A DNA stretch of 64,000 nucleotides. It comes from Acidimicrobiia bacterium. GTDB lineage: Bacteria; Actinomycetota; Acidimicrobiia; IMCC26256; JAENVU01. Position 1 is the stretch's first letter, and each line of letters opens with the position of its first letter. Location: contig JANPBJ010000149.1 in NCBI GenBank assembly GCA_031430375.1, forward strand, positions 16,776-80,775, written 5' to 3'. Under the pieces are notes generated by a model. It saw only the letters and a list, made by a program, of their open reading frames with translations. It searched no databases and was not told the DNA's origin. Shown here piece after piece: positions 45,536 to 54,760 of the stretch. The position numbers and the translations under genes are program-made.

Positions 45536-46792
45536 TCAGGCCGTCGCGACGAGCGCGGCTTCGAAGGCCGCCAGGGCGCGATCGATCTCAGGCTCGGTGA
45601 CCACCAGCGGAGGCATCCACCGCAACACGTTGCCTGCGGTCCCGGCATTTATCAGGAGCAAACGGCCCTGCTCGCGGCAGTGCGCCCCGATGGCGGCGAC
45701 CCGCGCCGCGTCGGGCGTGCCCTCGACGGTCATGAGTTCACACCCCACCATCAGCCCGGGGCCCCGGACATCACCGATCGCGGAATGGGTGCGAGCCAGC
45801 GCCCTGAGACCGGCCCGCAACTGCTCACCCCGGGCGTTGACGTTCTCCATGAAGCCCGGTGCGGTGAGCACGTCGATCGTCGCCAGCGCCGCGGCACAGC
45901 CGATCGGGTTGCCGCCATACGTTCCACCGTGCGCCCCCACCGGCCAGCGGTTCATGATCGCGGCCGACGCGCCGATCGCGGAGATCGGAAACCCCGAGGC
46001 GATGCCTTTGGCCATCACGACAATGTCCGGGACCACGCCCATGGCATCGATCGCAAACATCGAACCGGAGCGGCCGAATCCCGACTGCACCTCGTCGGCC
46101 ACGTACAGGATTCCGTGCTCGACACAGCGCGCTTTGATGCCCAGCGCGAACCCGGCGGGCGCGGGCACATACCCTCCCTCCCCCAACACCGGTTCCATCA
46201 CAATGGCCGCCGTTTCGCCCGGCGCGGTCTGCGACGCAAGGAGAAGATCGAAGGCCACCAACGCGCGAGAGGTTGCCTCGTCGTCACTGATGCCGTCGCG
46301 GAACGCATACGGAAACGGCGCCACGAAGATGCCACTTGGCAGCGGCTGGTATCCGGCGCGGTAGCCCGTCTTCGACGTGGTCATCGCCATGGTCAGATGC
46401 GACCGACCATGGAACGAGCCCTGGAACACAATGATGTTCGGTCGTCCGGTGGCGTGCTTCGCGAGCTTCACCGCGGCCTCGGTGGCCTCCGCCCCGGAGT
46501 TGGCAAAGAAGAACGTATCGATCCCACTCGGCGAGATACCGGCCAAGCGTTCCGCGAGTTGCTCGAGCAGCGGGTGTCGATAGCAGTTGACCTGCGCGTG
46601 GATGAAACGCGCGGCTTGCTCCTGGATCGCCGAGACCACCGCGGGATGGCAGTGCCCGGTGCTCGTGACCGCGATTCCGCTGGTGAAGTCGAGATACTCG
46701 GTGCCGTCGGCCGTGGTCACCGTGCATCCTGAACCTGACACCACCGCGAGGTCGGTGACCTGAAACCAAACGTCGGCAAGATGTGAACCCAT
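45536..46792 (-). CDS. class III (GabT/ornithine-type) aminotransferase
   Basis: 418 aa. Motifs FANSGAEATEAAVKLA, DEVQSGFGRSG, and PLP-Lys region DIVVMAKGIASGFP. Confidence 0.9.
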   Translation of the reverse strand: MGSHLADVWFQVTDLAVVSGSGCTVTTADGTEYLDFTSGIAVTSTGHCHPAVVSAIQEQAARFIHAQVNCYRHPLLEQLAERLAGISPSGIDTFFFANSGAEATEAAVKLAKHATGRPNIIVFQGSFHGRSHLTMAMTTSKTGYRAGYQPLPSGIFVAPFPYAFRDGISDDEATSRALVAFDLLLASQTAPGETAAIVMEPVLGEGGYVPAPAGFALGIKARCVEHGILYVADEVQSGFGRSGSMFAIDAMGVVPDIVVMAKGIASGFPISAIGASAAIMNRWPVGAHGGTYGGNPIGCAAALATIDVLTAPGFMENVNARGEQLRAGLRALARTHSAIGDVRGPGLMVGCELMTVEGTPDAARVAAIGAHCREQGRLLLINAGTAGNVLRWMPPLVVTEPEIDRALAAFEAALVATA

Positions 46793-46826
46793 AAGCGCGC
46801 AGGTTACGCGCCCAGTCCGCTTCGAG

Positions 46827-47375
46827 CTAAGCCTCCAGCGCCCAGGCCGCGTTGGCCTCCGCGAAGAGCCGGAGCGTGCCGTTCATATCGCGCGGTCGCT
46901 CCTCCAGGCTTTCGGCATCCCACTCCGAGCGCTGGGCGTCGAAGAAATCGCCGCCGTATACGTGCAACGCGACTGCGTATTCACGTCTCGGATTGGCCAC
47001 GGCGTGGATCGCATCGTGACCCATCACCAGCACCTCGCCCGCGACGAGCTCGCGCCCGCCGCTCGGTTCCAACCCGTGATCGCCGCGGCGGAAGAATGCA
47101 TTGTCCTCCTGCCCGCCGTACATCCCGACGACCGCGAACATCGCGTGCTCGTGCGGGTTCAATCTCATGCCCGGAGTCCACGCAAGATGGAGGACCGTGA
47201 GGTCGGAGGCGCGGTGCAGTACCACGATTCCCCCCTCAGTGATCGGCCCGATTGCGGCGCGGAGCGCGTTCGGGTCGCGCACCAGTTCAGCGAGTGCATC
47301 ACGCACCGCAAGCTGCGGCGTGTGCTCGCCGATCGCCTGCACACAACGGTCCACGATCGCATCGGTGTCGAGCAC
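46827..47375 (-). CDS. cupin-fold (cysteine-dioxygenase-like) metalloprotein
   Basis: 182 aa with the His pattern NPHEHAMFAVVGMYGG ... HAVANP, typical of double-stranded beta-helix metal sites. Confidence 0.5.
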   Translation of the reverse strand: MLDTDAIVDRCVQAIGEHTPQLAVRDALAELVRDPNALRAAIGPITEGGIVVLHRASDLTVLHLAWTPGMRLNPHEHAMFAVVGMYGGQEDNAFFRRGDHGLEPSGGRELVAGEVLVMGHDAIHAVANPRREYAVALHVYGGDFFDAQRSEWDAESLEERPRDMNGTLRLFAEANAAWALEA

Positions 47376-47398
47376 GCCCCGAGACTACGACGGCGGGT

Positions 47399-48523
47399 CT
47401 AGCGAGGGCGCAGGTTCGTGAGCGGGCGGCCATACGTCCACGCCGCGGCGTCGCCGGGCTCCCAGCGTCCGGAACCAAACGGATGGCCCGCGATGCGTTC
47501 ACGGGCTATGCGCTCGGCGGCTCGACCCGGCGGGACCGACCATTCCCGTCCGAGCGCGAACACCGTGGCCGCCGTGTCCTCGATTCGGGCAGTCGACGCG
47601 ATCGCGTGATCACGCGAATATCCGCCGAACTCTTCCGCGATATTCAGGATTCCACCGCCGTTGACCACGAAGTCAGGTGCGTAGAGAATCCCGCGAACGG
47701 CAAGCGCGTCGTCCATCGCTTCTGATTCGAGTTGATTGTTGGCGCCGCCACAGATCACCTCGCACCGGAGAGCCTCAATCGTGGTCTCGGTCACGACCGC
47801 GCCGAGCGCGCACGGCGCGAGCACATCGCACTCGGCGCTCAGTGCCGCGTCGGGTGCCAGCACCGCGACTCCTAGTTCGTTGCCGACGGCCTGCGCCCGG
47901 GCCGGGTCGAGATCGCAGATCGACACCCGCGCGCCGTCCGCGACGAGCGAACGGGCCAGACTCGATCCGACCTTTCCGGCGCCTTGAATCATCACGTGGC
48001 GATCGGCGAGCGACGTGTTCCCCCATCGGTGCTGCGCGGCGGCGCGCATTCCGGCCCACACGCCAAAGGCAGTAATCGGCGATGGGTCCCCTGATCCGCC
48101 CAACGCCGCACTCACGCCGGTCACCCATGGCGTGAACTCGGCGATGCCATCCATGTCGGCGGTGGTCGCGCCCACGTCTTCGGCGGCCAGGTAGCGCCCA
48201 CCCAGCTCATCGATCGCGCGCCCGAGCACCTCGAGCTGGGCGGGCGAACGCATGGCCGTTGGGTCGTCCCACTGAACGACCGCCTTGCCGCCGCCGAGCG
48301 GCAACCCCGCAACCGAGGCCTTGAGCGACATCGCTTCGGCAAGCCGGAGCGCATCCGCGATCAGCGCATCGTCATCGGAGTAGTCCCAGAACCGGATTCC
48401 ACCGAGCGCCGGCCCGAGCGCGGTGGAATGAATAGCGATCACGGCCCGGATGCCCGCATCGGCATCGACGACACGCACCACCTGCTCGTGACCATCGGGT
48501 ACTTCGACCTCGGTGATCTTCAT
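47399..48523 (-). CDS. Glu/Leu/Phe/Val dehydrogenase family (leucine/valine dehydrogenase-like)
   Basis: Track ORF 47399..48862. The real start is ATG 48523 (MKITEVEV). Motifs LGPALGGIRF, LPLGGGKAVV (catalytic Lys), and NAD loop IQGAGKVGSSLA. Confidence 0.85.
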   Translation of the reverse strand: MKITEVEVPDGHEQVVRVVDADAGIRAVIAIHSTALGPALGGIRFWDYSDDDALIADALRLAEAMSLKASVAGLPLGGGKAVVQWDDPTAMRSPAQLEVLGRAIDELGGRYLAAEDVGATTADMDGIAEFTPWVTGVSAALGGSGDPSPITAFGVWAGMRAAAQHRWGNTSLADRHVMIQGAGKVGSSLARSLVADGARVSICDLDPARAQAVGNELGVAVLAPDAALSAECDVLAPCALGAVVTETTIEALRCEVICGGANNQLESEAMDDALAVRGILYAPDFVVNGGGILNIAEEFGGYSRDHAIASTARIEDTAATVFALGREWSVPPGRAAERIARERIAGHPFGSGRWEPGDAAAWTYGRPLTNLRPR

Positions 48524-48700
48524 AGCTGCAAAGGTAGGCCGATGGAGATCGCACACCCGCACGGCCGGGCGCAGCACTGGTCCAACTGCACCGCAAAACC
48601 GTCGCGCCCTCACCCTGGCGATGGTCCGCGCCGCCGATGACCGCCCGACGACCGGTGACCCACAAGCTGTTTCGGTGCTCGGGGTCCTACGATCGGCTCC

Positions 48701-49810
48701 ATGACGGACCTGCCCGGGCTCGACCGCGCGACCACGCTGCCCGCCTCGGCGTATCGCGACGACGATTGGTATGAGCAGGAACGCCGCGCGATCTTCGCCA
48801 CCACCTGGCAACTCGCCGGATTCCGAGCCCAGCTGACCGAACCGGGCGACTACGTCACCCATGAGATCGCGGGATGGCAGATCGTCGTGCTGCTCGATGA
48901 CGACGGCTCACTCCGCTCGTTCCACAACGTATGCCGCCACCGCGCCGGACCACTGGTGACCGACGATGGCGGACACTGCGCGGCCATCGTCTGTGGATAC
49001 CACGGCTGGCGTTACGCACTCGACGGCAGCCTGGCGAATGCCCGCGACTTTGGAGCAGCGGCGGACTTCGACCCCAACGACTTTGGTCTGCTCCCACTCG
49101 ACGTCGACGAATGGCGCGGCCTCATCTTTGTTCGCATCACTCGCGGTGGGCCCACCCTCGTGGAGTCGCTCGGTGGACTCGTCGGTCGCAGCACCGACCA
49201 ACCAATCGAATCGTTGACCTACAGCCATCGCGTGACGCACATCGTCGACGCCAACTGGAAGACGTACACCGACAACTACGGTGAGGGGTACCACGTTCCC
49301 TTCGTACACGCGGAGCTCAACCTCCAGATCGATGCTCGCGCATACCAGGTAGCAGTTCATGACCGCTGGGTCGAGCACACCGCGCCAACCCGCGACGGGG
49401 CGGTCACGGCCGGGGCGTGGCTTTGGCGGTATCCGAACTTGGGCCTCAACCTCTACCCCGAGGGGATGAACGTGGAGCGCTGGTTGCCCGACGGCCCACG
49501 CCGAACGCGCGTGATCTACGACTTCTTCTTCACCGACACCTCACCCGTTGCCGCCACGACGAACGCGGAGATCGAACGGCTCGGCATTGAGGTGCTCCAA
49601 GAAGACCGCCGTATCTGCGAACGGGTCCAACGGAATCTCGAATCGGGCATCTACGGATTCGGTCGGCTCAGCCCGCGTCACGAGAACGGTGTCCACGCTT
49701 TCCAAACCTGGGTCCGAGACGACCTCGCCCGCTACGAATCAGCCCGCGACGAATCAGCCCGCGACGAATCCGCGGGATCAAGGTCGAGTGCGAGGGAGTT
49801 CACGCAGTAG
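48701..49810 (+). CDS. Rieske [2Fe-2S] aromatic-ring-hydroxylating oxygenase alpha subunit-like
   Basis: 369 aa. Rieske motif CRHRAGPL...CGYHGW and mononuclear iron region [12 protein letters not shown]. The C-terminal tail [14 protein letters not shown] is encoded by a tandem repeat. Confidence 0.85.
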   Translation: MTDLPGLDRATTLPASAYRDDDWYEQERRAIFATTWQLAGFRAQLTEPGDYVTHEIAGWQIVVLLDDDGSLRSFHNVCRHRAGPLVTDDGGHCAAIVCGYHGWRYALDGSLANARDFGAAADFDPNDFGLLPLDVDEWRGLIFVRITRGGPTLVESLGGLVGRSTDQPIESLTYSHRVTHIVDANWKTYTDNYGEGYHVPFVHAELNLQIDARAYQVAVHDRWVEHTAPTRDGAVTAGAWLWRYPNLGLNLYPEGMNVERWLPDGPRRTRVIYDFFFTDTSPVAATTNAEIERLGIEVLQEDRRICERVQRNLESGIYGFGRLSPRHENGVHAFQTWVRDDLARYESARDESARDESAGSRSSAREFTQ

Positions 49811-50172
49811 CGAAGGCCGGTCGGTCCCGGTCCGTCGGGGAACACGTGACCCAGGTGACCACCACAGCGAGCACACAGGATCTCGGTCCGGACCATGCCG
49901 TGGGCCGTATCGGTGCGTTCCTCGATCGCCCCTTCTTTAGCCGCGGCCCAGAACGACGGCCAGCCGCTGCCGGAATGGAACTTCGTGTCGGAAGAAAACA
50001 GCTCGGCCTGACACCCTGCGCAGCGATAGGTCCCGGGATCTTCGATGTCGTTGTACTCACCGGTGAAGGCGCCTTCGGTGGCCGCTCGGCGCAACACGGC
50101 GAACTGATCGGGACTCAAGCGCGCGCGCCAGTCGTCATCGGTCAGGGTGGTGGGATCCACAGAATCAGTCAT
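49732..50172 (-). CDS. msrB: peptide-methionine (R)-S-oxide reductase
   Basis: 146 aa. Zinc CxxC pairs ([18 protein letters not shown]) and catalytic RYCVNS. After the family-typical end, a 12-17 aa tail ([15 protein letters not shown]) derives from the tandem repeat. Confidence 0.9.
   Translation of the reverse strand: MTDSVDPTTLTDDDWRARLSPDQFAVLRRAATEGAFTGEYNDIEDPGTYRCAGCQAELFSSDTKFHSGSGWPSFWAAAKEGAIEERTDTAHGMVRTEILCARCGGHLGHVFPDGPGPTGLRYCVNSLALDLDPADSSRADSSRADS
49735..49777. repeat. 15-bp tandem repeat CGAATCAGCCCGCGA x2.9 inside the overlap of two convergent CDS
   Basis: Units at 49735-49749, 49750-49764 and 49765-49777 (partial). It encodes ESARD units on the plus strand and SRADS units on the minus strand. 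Confidence 0.85.
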
Positions 50173-50193
50173 TTCTCCAGGTTACGGGCTCAT

Positions 50194-50211
50194 CTCCACA
50201 CAATCTCCACA
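50194..50211 (+). promoter_or_regulatory. direct repeat CTCCACA-N4-CTCCACA (11-bp phasing) upstream of the response-regulator gene; candidate autoregulatory site
   Basis: Read directly at 50194-50200 and 50205-50211, about 45-60 nt upstream of the GTG at 50256. Direct repeats at helical phasing are the usual OmpR/PhoB-family site architecture. Confidence 0.3.
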
Positions 50212-50255
50212 GTCCGAGGCCCACACTCTCACCTGCTCATTCGTATCCTTGGTAG

Positions 50256-51005
50256 GTGCCTTCGACCACCGTCTTCGCGCCCTCCGCGCGAACGATCCTC
50301 GTGGTGGAGGACGAAGCCCCCATCGCCGATGCGGTGGCCGCCCGGCTCCGCTCCGAGGGTTACCTCGTGGAGATCGCGGCCGACGGTCCTGACGGCGTGC
50401 GCCGCTGCCAGGAACTTCGCCCCGATCTCGTGATCCTCGACCTCATGCTGCCCGGCCTCGACGGGCTCGAGGTCTGCGAACGGATCCAGGCCGAACGTCC
50501 CGTTCCCGTCTTGATGCTCACCGCCCGTGACTCCGAACGTGATCTCCTCGTGGGTCTGAGCGTGGGCGCGGATGACTACATGACCAAGCCGTTCAGCAGC
50601 CGGGAACTCGTCGCTCGCATTCACGCGTTGCTCCGCCGGGTCGAACGATCCCGCGCCGACGGCGACGCCGGCTCCGCCAAGCTGCGCGCAACCCTCACAG
50701 TGGGTGCGATCGCGATCGACCCCACCACCCGCCGCGTGCATCACACCGGCGAACAGGTGCACCTCACACCTACCGAGTTCGATCTGGTCCTCTTCCTCGC
50801 CGAAACTCCCGGGGTGGTCTTTACCCGTGAAGATCTTCTGGAACAGGTGTGGGGATACGACATCGCGTCGGGCGTTCGGACCGTCGACTCCCATGTTCGT
50901 GCAGTGCGTCGCAAGCTCGGCAACGACGTCATCCGAACCGTCCACGGCGTGGGCTACGCGTTCGGCGACGCGTTGGCCGATCCCGTGGCCGAAGAGCCCG
51001 CGTGA
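50256..51005 (+). CDS. OmpR/PhoB-family response regulator
   Basis: 249 aa. Receiver domain (ILVVEDE, DLVILDLMLPGLDG, DDYMTKPF) plus winged-helix output (LTPTEFDLVLFLA...RTVDSHVRAVRRKL...VHGVGY). Confidence 0.9.
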   Translation: MPSTTVFAPSARTILVVEDEAPIADAVAARLRSEGYLVEIAADGPDGVRRCQELRPDLVILDLMLPGLDGLEVCERIQAERPVPVLMLTARDSERDLLVGLSVGADDYMTKPFSSRELVARIHALLRRVERSRADGDAGSAKLRATLTVGAIAIDPTTRRVHHTGEQVHLTPTEFDLVLFLAETPGVVFTREDLLEQVWGYDIASGVRTVDSHVRAVRRKLGNDVIRTVHGVGYAFGDALADPVAEEPA

Positions 51006-52069
51006 GACGCATGCGTCAAGTTCCTCACGTCCCCGACCGTCCGCTCGACGCGCTCACATCTATCAAGGTGAAGCTCGCGACCCTCATCGTGGGTGCGGTG
51101 AGCATCACGGTCTTCGTGTTCTGGTTCGGGGTTCGCATCCTGCATGTCTGGCCCAGCCTGGCCGGAATCATCGCCGCGGCCTTTGCACTCCTTCTCGTCA
51201 GCCGGTTGGCGCGCGGCATGACGTCACCACTGCGCGAGATGGCCGCGGCAACACAAGCGATGGCCAAGGGCGACTACACCCAACGCATCACCGCAACGTC
51301 TCACGACGAAGTTGGTCGCCTCGCAAATGCGTTCAATCAGATGGCGGGTGAACTCGCCGAGACCGACCGGGTTCGCCGCGATCTCGTGGCCAACGTGAGT
51401 CACGAGCTCCGCACACCTCTCACCGCGCTCCAGGCCACGCTCGAGAACCTCGTTGACGGAGTTGCCGCCGCGGACCCCAAGACGCTTCAGACCATGCTCA
51501 ATCAGGTAGAGCGCCTAGGCCGGCTCGTGGCGCAGCTCCTCGACCTTTCCCGTCTCGAAGCAGGCACGGTTCCGCTCGACCGCCACGCGTTCGCAGTCGA
51601 ACCCGTGCTCGCCCACGCGGTGCGGGAACAACAACTGAACGACGCCGGCATTGCGATCGAGATGAGCGTCGACGATCACGACCTCGCGGCCGACGGCGAC
51701 CCTGAACGGGTGCACCAGGTGGTGGCCAACCTGCTCGAGAACGCGGTCCGCCACTCGCCGCGCGGCGCATCCGTCCAGGTTCGGGCCCATCGCAGCAGCA
51801 CCGGTGTCACCATCGAAGTGCTCGACGAAGGACCGGGCATCGCGGCCGTCGACGCGCAGCGCGTCTTCGAGCGCTTCTACCGTGCCGATACGGCACGGGC
51901 ATCCTCTGATGGTGGCGCCGGGCTCGGCCTGGCCATCGCCCGCTGGATTGTCGACCTGCACGGCGGCGACATCCACCCCGAACCTCGCGAGCCGCACGGT
52001 TGTCGAATGGTCGTCACCCTGCCGCGCGCTTCATCGCAAACCAGCCCGACCCGGGAGGCCATCCAATGA
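51002..52069 (+). CDS. sensor histidine kinase (TM-HAMP-HisKA-HATPase)
   Basis: Track ORF 50849..52069. GTG 51002 overlaps the RR stop (GTGA); ATG 51011 is an alternative. H-box VSHELRTPL, N-box NLLENAVRH, G-boxes DEGPGI and GGAGLGLAI. Confidence 0.85.
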   Translation: MRRMRQVPHVPDRPLDALTSIKVKLATLIVGAVSITVFVFWFGVRILHVWPSLAGIIAAAFALLLVSRLARGMTSPLREMAAATQAMAKGDYTQRITATSHDEVGRLANAFNQMAGELAETDRVRRDLVANVSHELRTPLTALQATLENLVDGVAAADPKTLQTMLNQVERLGRLVAQLLDLSRLEAGTVPLDRHAFAVEPVLAHAVREQQLNDAGIAIEMSVDDHDLAADGDPERVHQVVANLLENAVRHSPRGASVQVRAHRSSTGVTIEVLDEGPGIAAVDAQRVFERFYRADTARASSDGGAGLGLAIARWIVDLHGGDIHPEPREPHGCRMVVTLPRASSQTSPTREAIQ

Positions 52070-52731
52070 ACTTCGCAACGATCGACGAAGCCCTACGCCG
52101 CATTCGCCGGGGCGAGATGGTGCTCGTTGCCGACGACGAGGACCGCGAGAACGAAGGCGACCTCACCATGGCCGCCGAGTGCATCACGCCCGAAGCGATC
52201 AACTTCATGTTGCGCTGGGCTCGCGGACTTGTGTGTATGCCCACGCATCCGAGCTATCTGGATCGCCTGGAGATTCCCCCGATGGTGCCACCGGATGTTG
52301 CCGGCAACGACACCCCGTTCGCCGTCTCCATCGATCACGTTGACGCGGGCAGCGGCATCGGTGCGGCGGATCGAGCACACACAGTCCGGCGGTTCCTGGA
52401 CCCAAACGCCACTCCGGAGGAGTTTCTCCGACCCGGTCACGTGTTTCCGCTGCGAGCCCGTAGTCGCGGCGTCCTCGAGCGCCGAGGCCATACCGAAGCC
52501 GCGGTTGACCTCGCGCGCCTCGCGGGTCTTTCGCCCGTCGCGGTGATTTGCGAGGTGTTGCACGACGATGGTTCCCCCGCTCGCTTGCCCTTCCTGCAAC
52601 TATTCGCCGAGGAGCACCGCATCGCGATCATCTCGGTGGCTCAGCTCGTGGACCACATCGAGGCCAACGGTTCAGCAACCGCCAACGGCCAGCTCGCCAG
52701 CACCGCCAGCCGCGCCCCACTGCTCCTGTAA
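52066..52731 (+). CDS. ribB: 3,4-dihydroxy-2-butanone-4-phosphate synthase (stand-alone)
   Basis: Track ORF 52000..52731. ATG 52066 overlaps the kinase stop (ATGA) with GGGAGG upstream. Motifs VADDEDRENEGDL, PGHVFPL, RRGHTEAAVDLARLAG. Confidence 0.85.
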   Translation: MNFATIDEALRRIRRGEMVLVADDEDRENEGDLTMAAECITPEAINFMLRWARGLVCMPTHPSYLDRLEIPPMVPPDVAGNDTPFAVSIDHVDAGSGIGAADRAHTVRRFLDPNATPEEFLRPGHVFPLRARSRGVLERRGHTEAAVDLARLAGLSPVAVICEVLHDDGSPARLPFLQLFAEEHRIAIISVAQLVDHIEANGSATANGQLASTASRAPLLL

Positions 52732-52790
52732 GAGGGCGAGCGGGGTTCGTGCCACGCCCCCGGCCACCGACGTCCGAACCGACGCAGGAC

Positions 52791-53048
52791 TTACGGTTCT
52801 TCGCCCACCTCTCTGAGCGCCGCGGCAATCGCGGCACGCATTCGGCGGGCGGTACTGGGTGCGAGATGGGCCACAAGGCCGTAGCCCGCACCGCCGCGCT
52901 CCTCCAAGGTCAGGCTCACGCGCGGTTCGCCGTCATCGGACGCGCCGGGGTCGTCACTCAATCCGACCATCCATGAGATGGGCGGGAACTCATCATCGGC
53001 AGGATGATCGTCCAGGGAGTCGTCGATCGAGCGGCGCACGCCGCGCAC
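52791..53048 (-). CDS. hypothetical small acidic protein
   Basis: 85-aa ORF with a GTG start (an internal ATG gives 59 aa). Non-artefactual composition (…EPRVSLTLEERGGAGYGLVAHLAPSTARRMRAAIAAALREVGE). No recognisable family. Confidence 0.3.
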   Translation of the reverse strand: MRGVRRSIDDSLDDHPADDEFPPISWMVGLSDDPGASDDGEPRVSLTLEERGGAGYGLVAHLAPSTARRMRAAIAAALREVGEEP

Positions 53049-53228
53049 GATACCGGCATCGCGAAGGAGCAGTTCATTTCGAAGCTCCGTTCCTGGTCGG
53101 CTTGCACACAGGACTTTTCTGTAAGAAGCTGCTTACATCGGTGATGTTCGGATGGGTACCGTCATTCCTGATGCGTCGAGCAATGACGTCTTCACTCGCG
53201 AAGGATCTCGCCCGCCTCGAACTCGCGA

Positions 53229-53858
53229 TCAGGTCGTGAGTGACACCACTAAGAGTGCCTGCGCGACGTGATACGTCACGATGATCGCGATGGGTTGCCC
53301 CGGACGCGCCTGCACGAACCGGTCTTCCCCAATCAGCGCATCTGACGTCATGAAGAACAACGCGCCGACCGCACCCAACGCGTTCCCGCTGGCGACCGCG
53401 CTACTCACCATGACAAGGATCGTAAGCACGTAGGCAACGACCGGAGCCACCAGTTCGCGATGGCCCTTGGCGCGGATACCGCGGAGGAGTCGCGTGCCCA
53501 AGATCGTGGCCACCACCACCACGGGAATCGCGAACAACCAATGTCCGTCGGTGTCCTGGTTCAGACCCACCACATAAGCAACGTGTCCCAGCAGAAACGA
53601 TGCGAGCCCCGGAACAAACGCGTCGATCGGCAACATCAGGAACACATCGCCCGCGAGTGAGAGCACCAGCGCGATCACGAACCAGGTCCGAGCCGTCGAT
53701 GACAACGGGTCCAGCGCGACCGCGGCTCCGATCATCAGCACCAGGGTGAGCGGTTTGAAGATGTAGATGCCCAGCCGGACCCGACGGGCCACGGAAATCC
53801 AATTGCCAGCCGCGGCGAGGCCAGCCAGCGTCATCAGCGCGACCGCCAAGCCGTTCAT
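53229..53858 (-). CDS. YhhN/lysoplasmalogenase-family membrane protein
   Basis: 209 aa with about 7-8 TM segments. The conserved SLAGDVFLM and FFMTSDALI motifs match the YhhN family as I recall it. Confidence 0.7.
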   Translation of the reverse strand: MNGLAVALMTLAGLAAAGNWISVARRVRLGIYIFKPLTLVLMIGAAVALDPLSSTARTWFVIALVLSLAGDVFLMLPIDAFVPGLASFLLGHVAYVVGLNQDTDGHWLFAIPVVVVATILGTRLLRGIRAKGHRELVAPVVAYVLTILVMVSSAVASGNALGAVGALFFMTSDALIGEDRFVQARPGQPIAIIVTYHVAQALLVVSLTT

Positions 53859-53938
53859 CGATTGATCCTCATCGACCGGTCATCATCGACTGGGCTTCAT
53901 CAATATCCTCGGGCCCGCACCGTGTCACCATACGCGCC

Positions 53939-54760
53939 ATGTCCCTTCGTGAGCGTCTCAATCACGCGCGGCGCGTTGTACTACGAACCGGAACACTCGT
54001 TCAGGAACGCTTCTCCTCCGAGCGGGGAGAGAACCTCGCGGCCGCGATCAGTATGCGCGCGTTCTTGGCACTCTTTCCGATCGTCCTCCTCGCGATCGCG
54101 GCAGTCGGCTTTGCCGGTGGCAGCCCGAAGATCGTGGCTCGTGATGTTGCGGACGCACTCGGGCTTGGACGCGACTTCGGAAACACGCTGACGCAAAGCC
54201 TCACGACCGCGAGGGAGGGGCGGGTTGCGTCGAGTGTCGTGGGCGTGCTCGGTCTGATCTGGACCGGCACCGGACTCAGCGCTTCGGTCAATGCGGCATG
54301 GGACGCGGCGTGGTCCATTCGCGGTGGAGCCTTTCGCGGGCGAGCCCTCGGTGCGGTTTGGCTCGTCGGCGGGCTGATCTTCCTCGCGATCACCGCCGCC
54401 ACCACCGTGCTGTTGCAAAGGGCCAACATCCGCATCGAACTCGGTGTCATCGGCGGGGTCCTCGCCAACTCGCTGTTCTGCTTCTGGACCGCGCTCACCC
54501 TTCCGGCCCGACGGATCCCGTGGCGGGCCATGGTCAAGCCCGCGATCATCGGTGGAATCGCGTTCGAGATCTTGCGGGTCGTCGGCGCGTTCGTCGTGCC
54601 CGCGCTGGTTCGCCGTTCGTCGAACGTCTACGGAACGATCGGCGCGATGTTCGCCCTTCTCGTCTGGCTTCTCATCATCGGACGGATCGTGGTCTACATC
54701 GCGATTCTCGAACGCGTTCGGTGGGAACGCGCCGGTGGGAACGTGGGCACTACGGGCTGA
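53939..54760 (+). CDS. YihY/BrkB-family membrane protein
   Basis: 273 aa, multi-TM, with N-terminal AAISMRAFLALFP and C-terminal YGTIGAMFALLVWLLIIGRIVVY, typical of the family. Confidence 0.7.
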   Translation: MSLRERLNHARRVVLRTGTLVQERFSSERGENLAAAISMRAFLALFPIVLLAIAAVGFAGGSPKIVARDVADALGLGRDFGNTLTQSLTTAREGRVASSVVGVLGLIWTGTGLSASVNAAWDAAWSIRGGAFRGRALGAVWLVGGLIFLAITAATTVLLQRANIRIELGVIGGVLANSLFCFWTALTLPARRIPWRAMVKPAIIGGIAFEILRVVGAFVVPALVRRSSNVYGTIGAMFALLVWLLIIGRIVVYIAILERVRWERAGGNVGTTG

